From positions 19,778,001 through 19,842,000 of the forward strand of contig OZ059900.1 in assembly GCA_964057225.1 (NCBI GenBank): a stretch of DNA of 64,000 nt, written 5' to 3'. The notes below the pieces were generated by a model that had not been told where the DNA came from, made no database searches, and saw nothing but the letters and a program-made list of their open reading frames with translations. The translations under genes and the position numbers were made by a program. The stretch comes from Auanema rhodensis (lineage: Eukaryota; Animalia; Nematoda). This document shows, one piece after another, positions 40,468 to 54,000 of the stretch. Numbering within the stretch: position 1 is the stretch's first letter; each line of letters begins with the position of its first letter.

Positions 40468-43400
40468 AGCATAATAAAATATTTCTCATGGGAAATACTG
40501 TGTTTTTGTATTTTTCTAGTGTTCAGCATGTAAAATGCTTCATTTTAGTATGTAACACGCTGAAAGTCGTTGCATTTGACGACTCATATGAACAAAAATC
40601 GATTTAATCAATATTAGCCATAAGGGGCGTGCCCTCAGAATATGCTAATTTCCTTAGTTTTCTAACCCCTGTTTTTTTGTCGTGAAAGTGGAACTAGACG
40701 TTGTACGAACAATTTTGAGCTAGGTTTCATTGACATTGCATGAGTTTGAACACATGAAATCGTAAGTCAAAACCTTGTTTACAGCGAAATTTCCAAAAAC
40801 TGGTTTTCCAGCATAATAAAATATTTCTCATGGGAAATACTGTGTTTTTGTATTTTTCTAGTGTTCAGCATGTAAAATGCTTCATTTTAGTATGTAACAC
40901 GCTGAAATTCGTTGCATTTGACGAATCATATGAACAAAAATCGATTTAATCAATATTAGCCATAAGGGGCGTGCCCTCAGAATATGCTAATTTCCTTAAT
41001 TTTCTAACCCCTGTTTTTTTGTCGTGAAAGTGGAACTAGACGTTGTACGAACAATTTTGAGCTAGGTTTCATTGACATTGCATGAGTTTGAACACATGAA
41101 ATCGTAAGTCAAAACCTTGTTTACAGCGAAATTTCCAAAAACTGGTTTTCCAGCATAATAAAATATTTCTCATGGGAAATACTGTGTTTTTGTATTTTTC
41201 TAGTGTTCAGCATGTAAAATGCTTCATTTTAGTATGTAACACGCTGAAAGTCGTTGCATTTGACGACTCATATGAACAAAAATCGATTTAATCAATATTA
41301 GCCATAAAGGGCGTGCCCTCAGAATATGCTAATTTCCTTAATTTTCTAACCCCTGTTTTTTTGTCGTGAAAGTGGAACTAGACGTTGTACGAACAATTTT
41401 GAGCTAGGTTTCATTGACATTGCATGAGTTTGAACACATGAAATCGTAAGTCAAAACCTTGTTTACAGCGAAATTTCCAAAAACTGGTTTTCCAGCATAA
41501 TAAAATATTTCTCATGGGAAATACTGTGTTTTTGTATTTTTCTAGTGTTCAGCATGTAAAATGCTTCATTTTAGTATGTAACATGCTGAAATTCGTTGCA
41601 TTTGACGACTCATATGAACAAAAATCGATTTAATCAATATTAGCCATAAAGGGCGTGCCCTCAGAATATGCTAATTTCCTTAATTTTCTAACCCTTGTTT
41701 TTTTGTCGTGAAAGTGGAACTAGACGTTGTACGAACAATTTTGAGCTAGGTTTCATTGACATTCCATGAGTTTGAACACATGAAATCGTAAGTCAAAACC
41801 TTGTTTACAGCGAAATTTCCAAAAACTGGTTTTCCAGCATAATAAAATATTTCTCATGGGAAATACTGTGTTTTTGTATTTTTCTAGTGTTCAGCATGTA
41901 AAATGCTTCATTTTAGTATGTAACATGCTGAAATTCGTTGCATTTGACGACTCATATGAACAAAAATCGATTTAATCAATATTAGCCATAAGGGGCGTGC
42001 CCTCAGAATATGCTAATTTCCTTAATTTTCTAACCCCTGTTTTTTTGTCGTGAAAGTGGAACTAGACGTTGTACGAACAATTTTGAGCTAGGTTTCATTG
42101 ACATTGCATGAGTTTGAACACATGAAATCGTAAGTCAAAACCTTGTTTACAGCGAAATTTCCAAAAACTGGTTTTCCAGCATAATAAAATATTTCTCATG
42201 GGAAATACTGTGTTTTTGTATTTTTCTAGTGTTCAGCATGTAAAATGCTTCATTTTAGTATGTAACACGCTGAAATTCGTTGCATTTGACGACTCATATG
42301 AACAAAAATCGATTTAATCAATATTAGCCATAAGGGGCGTGCCCTCAGAATATGCTAATTTCCTTAATTTTCTAACCCCTGTTTTTTTGTCGTGAAAGTG
42401 GAACTAGACGTTGTACGAACAATTTTGAGCTAGGTTTCATTGACATTGCATGAGTTTGAACACATGAAATCGTAAGTCAAAACCTTGTTTACAGCGAAAT
42501 TTCCAAAAACTGGTTTTCCAGCATAATAAAATATTTCTCATGGGAAATACTGTGTTTTTGTATTTTTCTAGTGTTCAGCATGTAAAATGCTTCATTTTAG
42601 TATGTAACACGCTGAAATTCGTTGCATTTGACGACTCATATGAACAAAAATCGATTTAATCAATATTAGCCATAAGGGGCGTGCCCTCAGAATATGCTAA
42701 TTTCCTTAATTTTCTAACCCCTGTTTTTTTGTCGTGAAAGTGGAACTAGACGTTGTACGAACAATTTTGAGCTAGGTTTCATTGACATTGCATGAGTTTG
42801 AACACATGAAATCGTAAGTCAAAACCTTGTTTACAGCGAAATTTCCAAAAACTGGTTTTCCAGCATAATAAAATATTTCTCATGGGAAATACTGTGTTTT
42901 TGTATTTTTCTAGTGTTCAGCATGTAAAATGCTTCATTTTAGTATGTAACTCGCTGAAATTCGTTGCATTTGACGACTCATATGAACAAAAATCGATTTA
43001 ATCAATATTAGCCATAAGGGGCGTGCCCTCAGAATATGCTAATTTCCTTAATTTTCTAACCCCTGTTTTTTTGTCGTGAAAGTGGAACTAGACGTTGTAC
43101 GAACAATTTTGAGCTAGGTTTCATTGACATTGCATGAGTTTGAACACATGAAATCGTAAGTCAAAACCTTGTTTACAGCGAAATTTCCAAAAACTGGTTT
43201 TCCAGCATAATAAAATATTTCTCATGGGAAATACTGTGTTTTTGTATTTTTCTAGTGTTCAGCATGTAAAATGCTTCATTTTAGTATGTAACATGCTGAA
43301 ATTCGTTGCATTTGACGACTCATATGAACAAAAATCGATTTAATCAATATTAGCCATAAGGGGCGTGCCCTCAGAATATGCTAATTTCCTTAATTTTCTA

Positions 43401-46400
43401 ACCCCTGTTTTTTTGTCGTGAAAGTGGAACTAGACGTTGTACGAACAATTTTGAGCTAGGTTTCATTGACATTGCATGAGTTTGAACACATGAAATCGTA
43501 AGTCAAAACCTTGTTTACAGCGAAATTTCCAAAAACTGGTTTTCCAGCATAATAAAATATTTCTCATGGGAAATACTGTGTTTTTGTATTTTTCTAGTGT
43601 TCAGCATGTAAAATGCTTCATTTTAGTATGTAACACGCTGAAATTCGTTGCATTTGACGACTCATATGAACAAAAATCGATTTAATCAATATTAGCCATA
43701 AGGGGCGTGCCCTCAGAATATGCTAATTTCCTTAATTTTCTAACCCCTGTTTTTTTGTCGTGAAAGTGGAACTAGACGTTGTACGAACAATTTTGAGCTA
43801 GGTTTCATTGACATTGCATGAGTTTGAACACATGAAATCGTAAGTCAAAACCTTGTTTACAGCGAAATTTCCAAAAACTGGTTTTCCAGCATAATAAAAT
43901 ATTTCTCATGGGAAATACTGTGTTTTTGTATTTTTCTAGTGTTCAGCATGTAAAATGTTTCATTTTAGTATGTAACACGCTGAAATTCGTTGCATTTGAC
44001 GACTCATATGAACAAAAATCGATTTAATCAATATTAGCCATAAGGGGCGTGCCCTCAGAATATGCTAATTTCCTTAATTTTCTAACCCTTGTTTTTTTGT
44101 CGTGAAAGTGGAACTAGACGTTGTACGAACAATTTTGAGCTAGGTTTCATTGACATTGCATGAGTTTGAACACATGAAATCGTAAGTCAAAACCTTGTTT
44201 ACAGCGAAATTTCCAAAAACTGGTTTTCCAGCATAATAAAATATTTCTCATGGGAAATACTGTGTTTTTGTATTTTTCTAGTGTTCAGCATGTAAAATGC
44301 TTCATTTTAGTATGTAACATGCTGAAATTCGTTGCATTTGACGACTCATATGAACAAAAATCGATTTAATCAATATTAGCCATAAGGGGCGTGCCCTCAG
44401 AATATGCTAATTTCCTTAATTTTCTAACCCCTGTTTTTTTGTCGTGAAAGTGGAACTAGACGTTGTACGAACAATTTTGAGCTAGGTTTCATTGACATTG
44501 CATGAGTTTGAACACATGAAATCGTAAGTCAAAACCTTGTTTACAGCGAAATTTCCAAAAACTGGTTTTCCAGCATAATAAAATATTTCTCATGGGAAAT
44601 ACTGTGTTTTTGTATTTTTCTAGTGTTCAGCATGTAAAATGCTTCATTTTAGTATGTAACACGCTGAAATTCGTTGCATTTGACGACTCATATGAACAAA
44701 AATCGATTTAATCAATATTAGCCATAAGGGGCGTGCCCTCAGAATATGCTAATTTCCTTAATTTTCTAACCCCTGTTTTTTTGTCGTGAAAGTGGAACTA
44801 GACGTTGTACGAACAATTTTGAGCTAGGTTTCATTGACATTGCATGAGTTTGAACACATGAAATCGTAAGTCAAAACCTTGTTTACAGCGAAATTTCCAA
44901 AAACTGGTTTTCCAGCATAATAAAATATTTCTCATGGGAAATACTGTGTTTTTGTATTTTTCTAGTGTTCAGCATGTAAAATGCTTCATTTTAGTATGTA
45001 ACACGCTGAAATTCGTTGCATTTGACGACTCATATGAACAAAAATCGATTTAATCAATATTAGCCATAAGGGGCGTGCCCTCAGAATATGCTAATTTCCT
45101 TAATTTTCTAACCCTTGTTTTTTTGTCGTGAAAGTGGAACTAGACGTTGTACGAACAATTTTGAGCTAGGTTTCATTGACATTGCATGAGTTTGAACACA
45201 TGAAATCGTAAGTCAAAACCTTGTTTACAGCGAAATTTCCAAAAACTGGTTTTCCAGCATAATAAAATATTTCTCATGGGAAATACTGTGTTTTTGTATT
45301 TTTCTAGTGTTCAGCATGTAAAATGCTTCATTTTAGTATGTAACACGCTGAAATTCGTTGCATTTGACGACTCATATGAACAAAAATCGATTTAATCAAT
45401 ATTAGCCATAAGGGGCGTGCCCTCAGAATATGCTAATTTCCTTAATTTTCTAACCCCTGTTTTTTTGTCGTGAAAGTGGAACTAGACGTTGTACGAACAA
45501 TTTTGAGCTAGGTTTCATTGACATTCCATGAGTTTGAACACATGAAATCGTAAGTCAAAACCTTGTTTACAGCGAAATTTCCAAAAACTGGTTTTCCAGC
45601 ATAATAAAATATTTCTCATGGGAAATACTGTGTTTTTGTATTTTTCTAGTGTTCAGCATGTAAAATGCTTCATTTTAGTATGTAACATGCTGAAATTCGT
45701 TGCATTTGACGACTCATATGAACAAAAATCGATTTAATCAATATTAGCCATAAGGGGCGTGCCCTCAGAATATGCTAATTTCCTTAATTTTCTAACCCCT
45801 GTTTTTTTGTCGTGAAAGTGGAACTAGACGTTGTACGAACAATTTTGAGCTAGGTTTCATTGACATTGCATGAGTTTGAACACATGAAATCGTAAGTCAA
45901 AACCTTGTTTACAGCGAAATTTCCAAAAACTGGTTTTCCAGCATAATAAAATATTTCTCATGGGAAATACTGTGTTTTTGTATTTTTCTAGTGTTCAGCA
46001 TGTAAAATGCTTATGTATGTAACACGCTGAAATTCGTTGCATTTGACGACTCATATGAACAAAAATCGATTTAATCAATATTAGCCATAAGGGGCGTGCC
46101 CTCAGAATATGCTAATTTCCTTAATTTTCTAACCCCTGTTTTTTTGTCGTGAAAGTGGAACTAGACGTTGTACGAACAATTTTGAGCTAGGTTTCATTGA
46201 CATTGCATGAGTTTGAACACATGAAATCGTAAGTCAAAACCTTGTTTACAGCGAAATTTCCAAAAACTGGTTTTCCAGCATAATAAAATATTTCTCATGG
46301 GAAATACTGTGTTTTTGTATTTTTCTAGTGTTCAGCATGTAAAATGCTTCATTTTAGTATGTAACACGCTGAAATTCGTTGCATTTGACGACTCATATGA

Positions 46401-47644
46401 ACAAAAATCGATTTAATCAATATTAGCCATAAGGGGCGTGCCCTCAGAATATGCTAATTTCCTTAATTTTCTAACCCTTGTTTTTTTGTCGTGAAAGTGG
46501 AACTAGACGTTGTACGAACAATTTTGAGCTAGGTTTCATTGACATTGCATGAGTTTGAACACATGAAATCGTAAGTCAAAACCTTGTTTACAGCGAAATT
46601 TCCAAAAACTGGTTTTCCAGCATAATAAAATATTTCTCATGGGAAATACTGTGTTTTTGTATTTTTCTAGTGTTCAGCATGTAAAATGCTTCATTTTAGT
46701 ATGTAACATGCTGAAATTCGTTGCATTTGACGACTCATATGAACAAAAATCGATTTAATCAATATTAGCCATAAGGGGCGTGCCCTCAGAATATGCTAAT
46801 TTCCTTAATTTTCTAACCCCTGTTTTTTTGTCGTGAAAGTGGAACTAGACGTTGTACGAACAATTTTGAGCTAGGTTTCATTGACATTCCATGAGTTTGA
46901 ACACATGAAATCGTAAGTCAAAACCTTGTTTACAGCGAAATTTCCAAAAACTGGTTTTCCAGCATAATAAAATATTTCTCATGGGAAATACTGTGTTTTT
47001 GTATTTTTCTAGTGTTCAGCATGTAAAATGCTTCATTTTAGTATGTAACATGCTGAAATTCGTTGCATTTGACGACTCATATGAACAAAAATCGATTTAA
47101 TCAATATTAGCCATAAGGGGCGTGCCCTCAGAATATGCTAATTTCCTTAATTTTCTAACCCCTGTTTTTTTGTCGTGAAAGTGGAACTAGACGTTGTACG
47201 AACAATTTTGAGCTAGGTTTCATTGACATTGCATGAGTTTGAACACATGAAATCGTAAGTCAAAACCTTGTTTACAGCGAAATTTCCAAAAACTGGTTTT
47301 CCAGCATAATAAAATATTTCTCATGGGAAATACTGTGTTTTTGTATTTTTCTAGTGTTCAGCATGTAAAATGCTTCATTTTAGTATGTAACACGCTGAAA
47401 TTCGTTGCATTTGACGACTCATATGAACAAAAATCGATTTATTCAATATTAGCCATAAGGGGCGTGCCCTCAGAATATGCTAATTTCCTTAATTTTCTAA
47501 CCCCTGTTTTTTTGTCGTGAAAGTGGAACTAGACGTTGTACGAACAATTTTGAGCTAGGTTTCATTGACATTGCATGAGTTTGAACACATGAAATCGTAA
47601 GTCAAAACCTTGTTTACAGCGAAATTTCCAAAAACTGGTTTTCC

Positions 47645-50600
47645 AGCATAATAAAATATTTCTCATGGGAAATACTGTGTTTTTGTATTTTTCTAGTGTT
47701 CAGCATGTAAAATGCTTCATTTTAGTATGTAACACGCTGAAATTCGTTGCATTTGACGACTCATATGAACAAAAATCGATTTAATCAATATTAGCCATAA
47801 GGGGCGTGCCCTCAGAATATGCTAATTTCCTTAATTTTCTAACCCTTGTTTTTTTGTCGTGAAAGTGGAACTAGACGTTGTACGAACAATTTTGAGCTAG
47901 GTTTCATTGACATTGCATGAGTTTGAACACATGAAATCGTAAGTCAAAACCTTGTTTACAGCGAAATTTCCAAAAACTGGTTTTCCAGCATAATAAAATA
48001 TTTCTCATGGGAAATACTGTGTTTTTGTATTTTTCTAGTGTTCAGCATGTAAAATGCTTCATTTTAGTATGTAACATGCTGAAATTCGTTGCATTTGACG
48101 ACTCATATGAACAAAAATCGATTTAATCAATATTAGCCATAAGGGGCGTGCCCTCAGAATATGCTAATTTCCTTAATTTTCTAACCCCTGTTTTTTTGTC
48201 GTGAAAGTGGAACTAGACGTTGTACGAACAATTTTGAGCTAGGTTTCATTGACATTGCATGAGTTTGAACACATGAAATCGTAAGTCAAAACCTTGTTTA
48301 CAGCGAAATTTCCAAAAACTGGTTTTCCAGCATAATAAAATATTTCTCATGGGAAATACTGTGTTTTTGTATTTTTCTAGTGTTCAGCATGTAAAATGCT
48401 TCATTTTAGTATGTAACACGCTGAAATTCGTTGCATTTGACGACTCATATGAACAAAAATCGATTTAATCAATATTAGCCATAAGGGGCGTGCCCTCAGA
48501 ATATGCTAATTTCCTTAATTTTCTAACCCCTGTTTTTTTGTCGTGAAAGTGGAACTAGACGTTGTACGAACAATTTTGAGCTAGGTTTCATTGACATTGC
48601 ATGAGTTTGAACACATGAAATCGTAAGTCAAAACCTTGTTTACAGCGAAATTTCCAAAAACTGGTTTTCCAGCATAATAAAATATTTCTCATGGGAAATA
48701 CTGTGTTTTTGTATTTTTCTAGTGTTCAGCATGTAAAATGCTTCATTTTAGTATGTAACATGCTGAAATTCGTTGCATTTGACGACTCATATGAACAAAA
48801 ATCGATTTAATCAATATTAGCCATAAAGGGCGTGCCCTCAGAATATGCTAATTTCCTTAATTTTCTAACCCTTGTTTTTTTGTCGTGAAAGTGGAACTAG
48901 ACGTTGTACGAACAATTTTGAGCTAGGTTTCATTGACATTGCATGAGTTTGAACACATGAAATCGTAAGTCAAAACCTTGTTTACAGCGAAATTTCCAAA
49001 AACTGGTTTTCCAGCATAATAAAATATTTCTCATGGGAAATACTGTGTTTCTGTATTTTTCTAGTGTTCAGCATGTAAAATGCTTCATTTTAGTATGTAA
49101 CACGCTGAAATTCGTTGCATTTGACGACTCATATGAACAAAAATCGATTTAATCAATATTAGCCATAAGGGGCGTGCCCTCAGAATATGCTAATTTCCTT
49201 AATTTTCTAACCCCTGTTTTTTTGTCGTGAAAGTGGAACTAGACGTTGTACGAACAATTTTGAGCTAGGTTTCATTGACATTGCATGAGTTTGAACAGAT
49301 GAAATCGTAAGTCAAAACCTTGTTTACAGCGAAATTTCCAAAAACTGGTTTTCCAGCATAATAAAATATTTCTCATGGGAAATACTGTGTTTTTGTATTT
49401 TTCTAGTGTTCAGCATGTAAAATGCTTCATTTTAGTATGTAACACGCTGAAATTCGTTGCATTTGACGACTCATATGAACAAAAATCGATTTAATCAATA
49501 TTAGCCATAAGGGGCGTGCCCTCAGAATATGCTAATTTCCTTAATTTTCTAACCCTTGTTTTTTTGTCGTGAAAGTGGAACTAGACGTTGTACGAACAAT
49601 TTTGAGCTAGGTTTCATTGACATTGCATGAGTTTGAACACATGAAATCGTAAGTCAAAACCTTGTTTACAGCGAAATTTCCAAAAACTGGTTTTCCAGCA
49701 TAATAAAATATTTCTCATGGGAAATACTGTGTTTTTGTATTTTTCTAGTGTTCAGCATGTAAAATGCTTCATTTTAGTATGTAACATGCTGAAATTCGTT
49801 GCATTTGACGACTCATATGAACAAAAATCGATTTAATCAATATTAGCCATAAGGGGCGTGCCCTCAGAATATGCTAATTTCCTTAATTTTCTAACCCCTG
49901 TTTTTTTGTCGTGAAAGTGGAACTAGACGTTGTACGAACAATTTTGAGCTAGGTTTCATTGACATTGCATGAGTTTGAACACATGAAATCGTAAGTCAAA
50001 ACCTTGTTTACAGCGAAATTTCCAAAAACTGGTTTTCCAGCATAATAAAATATTTCTCATGGGAAATACTGTGTTTTTGTATTTTTCTAGTGTTCAGCAT
50101 GTAAAATGCTTCATTTTAGTATGTAACACGCTGAAATTCGTTGCATTTGACGACTCATATGAACAAAAATCGATTTAATCAATATTAGCCATAAGGGGCG
50201 TGCCCTCAGAATATGCTAATTTCCTTAATTTTCTAACCCCTGTTTTTTTGTCGTGAAAGTGGAACTAGACGTTGTACGAACAATTTTGAGCTAGGTTTCA
50301 TTGACATTGCATGAGTTTGAACACATGAAATCGTAAGTCAAAACCTTGTTTACAGCGAAATTTCCAAAAACTGGTTTTCCAGCATAATAAAATATTTCTC
50401 ATGGGAAATACTGTGTTTTTGTATTTTTCTAGTGTTCAGCATGTAAAATGCTTCATTTTAGTATGTAACATGCTGAAATTCGTTGCATTTGACGACTCAT
50501 ATGAACAAAAATCGATTTAATCAATATTAGCCATAAAGGGCGTGCCCTCAGAATATGCTAATTTCCTTAATTTTCTAACCCTTGTTTTTTTGTCGTGAAA

Positions 50601-51064
50601 GTGGAACTAGACGTTGTACGAACAATTTTGAGCTAGGTTTCATTGACATTGCATGAGTTTGAACACATGAAATCGTAAGTCAAAACCTTGTTTACAGCGA
50701 AATTTCCAAAAACTGGTTTTCCAGCATAATAAAATATTTCTCATGGGAAATACTGTGTTTCTGTATTTTTCTAGTGTTCAGCATGTAAAATGCTTCATTT
50801 TAGTATGTAACACGCTGAAATTCGTTGCATTTGACGACTCATATGAACAAAAATCGATTTAATCAATATTAGCCATAAGGGGCGTGCCCTCAGAATATGC
50901 TAATTTCCTTAATTTTCTAACCCCTGTTTTTTTGTCGTGAAAGTGGAACTAGACGTTGTACGAACAATTTTGAGCTAGGTTTCATTGACATTGCATGAGT
51001 TTGAACAGATGAAATCGTAAGTCAAAACCTTGTTTACAGCGAAATTTCCAAAAACTGGTTTTCC
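47645..51064 (+). repeat. Exact 5-monomer (1710 bp) tandem duplication
   Basis: A private monomer with GTTTCTGTA and GAACAGATG occurs at 49013 and 50723, preceded by the same four monomer types in the same order. Confidence 0.9.
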
Positions 51065-54000
51065 AGCATAATAAAATATTTCTCATGGGAAATACTGTGT
51101 TTTTGTATTTTTCTAGTGTTCAGCATGTAAAATGCTTCATTTTAGTATGTAACACGCTGAAATTCGTTGCATTTGACGACTCATATGAACAAAAATCGAT
51201 TTAATCAATATTAGCCATAAGGGGCGTGCCCTCAGAATATGCTAATTTCCTTAATTTTCTAACCCCTGTTTTTTTGTCGTGAAAGTGGAACTAGACGTTG
51301 TACGAACAATTTTGAGCTAGGTTTCATTGACATTGCATGAGTTTGAACACATGAAATCGTAAGTCAAAACCTTGTTTACAGCGAAATTTCCAAAAACTGG
51401 TTTTCCAGCATAATAAAATATTTCTCATGGGAAATACTGTGTTTTTGTATTTTTCTAGTGTTCAGCATGTAAAATGCTTCATTTTAGTATGTAACACGCT
51501 GAAATTCGTTGCATTTGACGACTCATATGAACAAAAATCGATTTAATCAATATTAGCCATAAGGGGCGTGCCCTCAGAATATGCTAATTTCCTTAATTTT
51601 CTAACCCTTGTTTTTTTGTCGTGAAAGTGGAACTAGACGTTGTACGAACAATTTTGAGCTAGGTTTCATTGACATTGCATGAGTTTGAACACATGAAATC
51701 GTAAGTCAAAACCTTGTTTACAGCGAAATTTCCAAAAACTGGTTTTCCAGCATAATAAAATATTTCTCATGGGAAATACTGTGTTTTTGTATTTTTCTAG
51801 TGTTCAGCATGTAAAATGCTTCATTTTAGTATGTAACATGCTGAAATTCGTTGCATTTGACGACTCATATGAACAAAAATCGATTTAATCAATATTAGCC
51901 ATAAGGGGCGTGCCCTCAGAATATGCTAATTTCCTTAATTTTCTAACCCCTGTTTTTTTGTCGTGAAAGTGGAACTAGACGTTGTACGAACAATTTTGAG
52001 CTAGGTTTCATTGACATTGCATGAGTTTGAACACATGAAATCGTAAGTCAAAACCTTGTTTACAGCGAAATTTCCAAAAACTGGTTTTCCAGCATAATAA
52101 AATATTTCTCATGGGAAATACTGTGTTTTTGTATTTTTCTAGTGTTCAGCATGTAAAATGCTTCATTTTAGTATGTAACACGCTGAAATTCGTTGCATTT
52201 GACGACTCATATGAACAAAAATCGATTTAATCAATATTAGCCATAAGGGGCGTGCCCTCAGAATATGCTAATTTCCTTAATTTTCTAACCCCTGTTTTTT
52301 TGTCGTGAAAGTGGAACTAGACGTTGTACGAACAATTTTGAGCTAGGTTTCATTGACATTGCATGAGTTTGAACACATGAAATCGTAAGTCAAAACCTTG
52401 TTTACAGCGAAATTTCCAAAAACTGGTTTTCCAGCATAATAAAATATTTCTCATGGGAAATACTGTGTTTTTGTATTTTTCTAGTGTTCAGCATGTAAAA
52501 TGCTTCATTTTAGTATGTAACACGCTGAAATTCGTTGCATTTGACGACTCATATGAACAAAAATCGATTTAATCAATATTAGCCATAAGGGGCGTGCCCT
52601 CAGAATATGCTAATTTCCTTAATTTTCTAACCCCTGTTTTTTTGTCGTGAAAGTGGAACTAGACGTTGTACGAACAATTTTGAGCTAGGTTTCATTGACA
52701 TTGCATGAGTTTGAACACATGAAATCGTAAGTCAAAACCTTGTTTACAGCGAAATTTCCAAAAACTGGTTTTCCAGCATAATAAAATATTTCTCATGGGA
52801 AATACTGTGTTTTTGTATTTTTCTAGTGTTCAGCATGTAAAATGCTTCATTTTAGTATGTAACACGCTGAAATTCGTTGCATTTGACGACTCATATGAAC
52901 AAAAATCGATTTAATCAATATTAGCCATAAGGGGCGTGCCCTCAGAATATGCTAATTTCCTTAATTTTCTAACCCTTGTTTTTTTGTCGTGAAAGTGGAA
53001 CTAGACGTTGTACGAACAATTTTGAGCTAGGTTTCATTGACATTGCATGAGTTTGAACACATGAAATCGTAAGTCAAAACCTTGTTTACAGCGAAATTTC
53101 CAAAAACTGGTTTTCCAGCATAATAAAATATTTCTCATGGGAAATACTGTGTTTTTGTATTTTTCTAGTGTTCAGCATGTAAAATGCTTCATTTTAGTAT
53201 GTAACACGCTGAAATTCGTTGCATTTGACGACTCATATGAACAAAAATCGATTTAATCAATATTAGCCATAAGGGGCGTGCCCTCAGAATATGCTAATTT
53301 CCTTAATTTTCTAACCCTTGTTTTTTTGTCGTGAAAGTGGAACTAGACGTTGTACGAACAATTTTGAGCTAGGTTTCATTGACATTGCATGAGTTTGAAC
53401 ACATGAAATCGTAAGTCAAAACCTTGTTTACAGCGAAATTTCCAAAAACTGGTTTTCCAGCATAATAAAATATTTCTCATGGGAAATACTGTGTTTTTGT
53501 ATTTTTCTAGTGTTCAGCATGTAAAATGCTTCATTTTAGTATGTAACACGCTGAAATTCGTTGCATTTGACGACTCATATGAACAAAAATCGATTTAATC
53601 AATATTAGCCATAAGGGGCGTGCCCTCAGAATATGCTAATTTCCTTAATTTTCTAACCCCTGTTTTTTTGTCGTGAAAGTGGAACTAGACGTTGTACGAA
53701 CAATTTTGAGCTAGGTTTCATTGACATTCCATGAGTTTGAACACATGAAATCGTAAGTCAAAACCTTGTTTACAGCGAAATTTCCAAAAACTGGTTTTCC
53801 AGTATAATAAAATATTTCTCATGGGAAATACTGTGTTTTTGTATTTTTCTAGTGTTCAGCATGTAAAATGCTTCATTTTAGTATGTAACATGCTGAAATT
53901 CGTTGCATTTGACGACTCATATGAACAAAAATCGATTTAATCAATATTAGCCATAAGGGGCGTGCCCTCAGAATATGCTAATTTCCTTAATTTTCTAACC

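Noticed and set aside
47323-47520. 65-aa ORF MGNTVFLYF... (also at 63054-63251)
   Set aside because: It is the satellite monomer with one TAA-to-TAT change, closed in all other copies. No recognisable domain or gene context.
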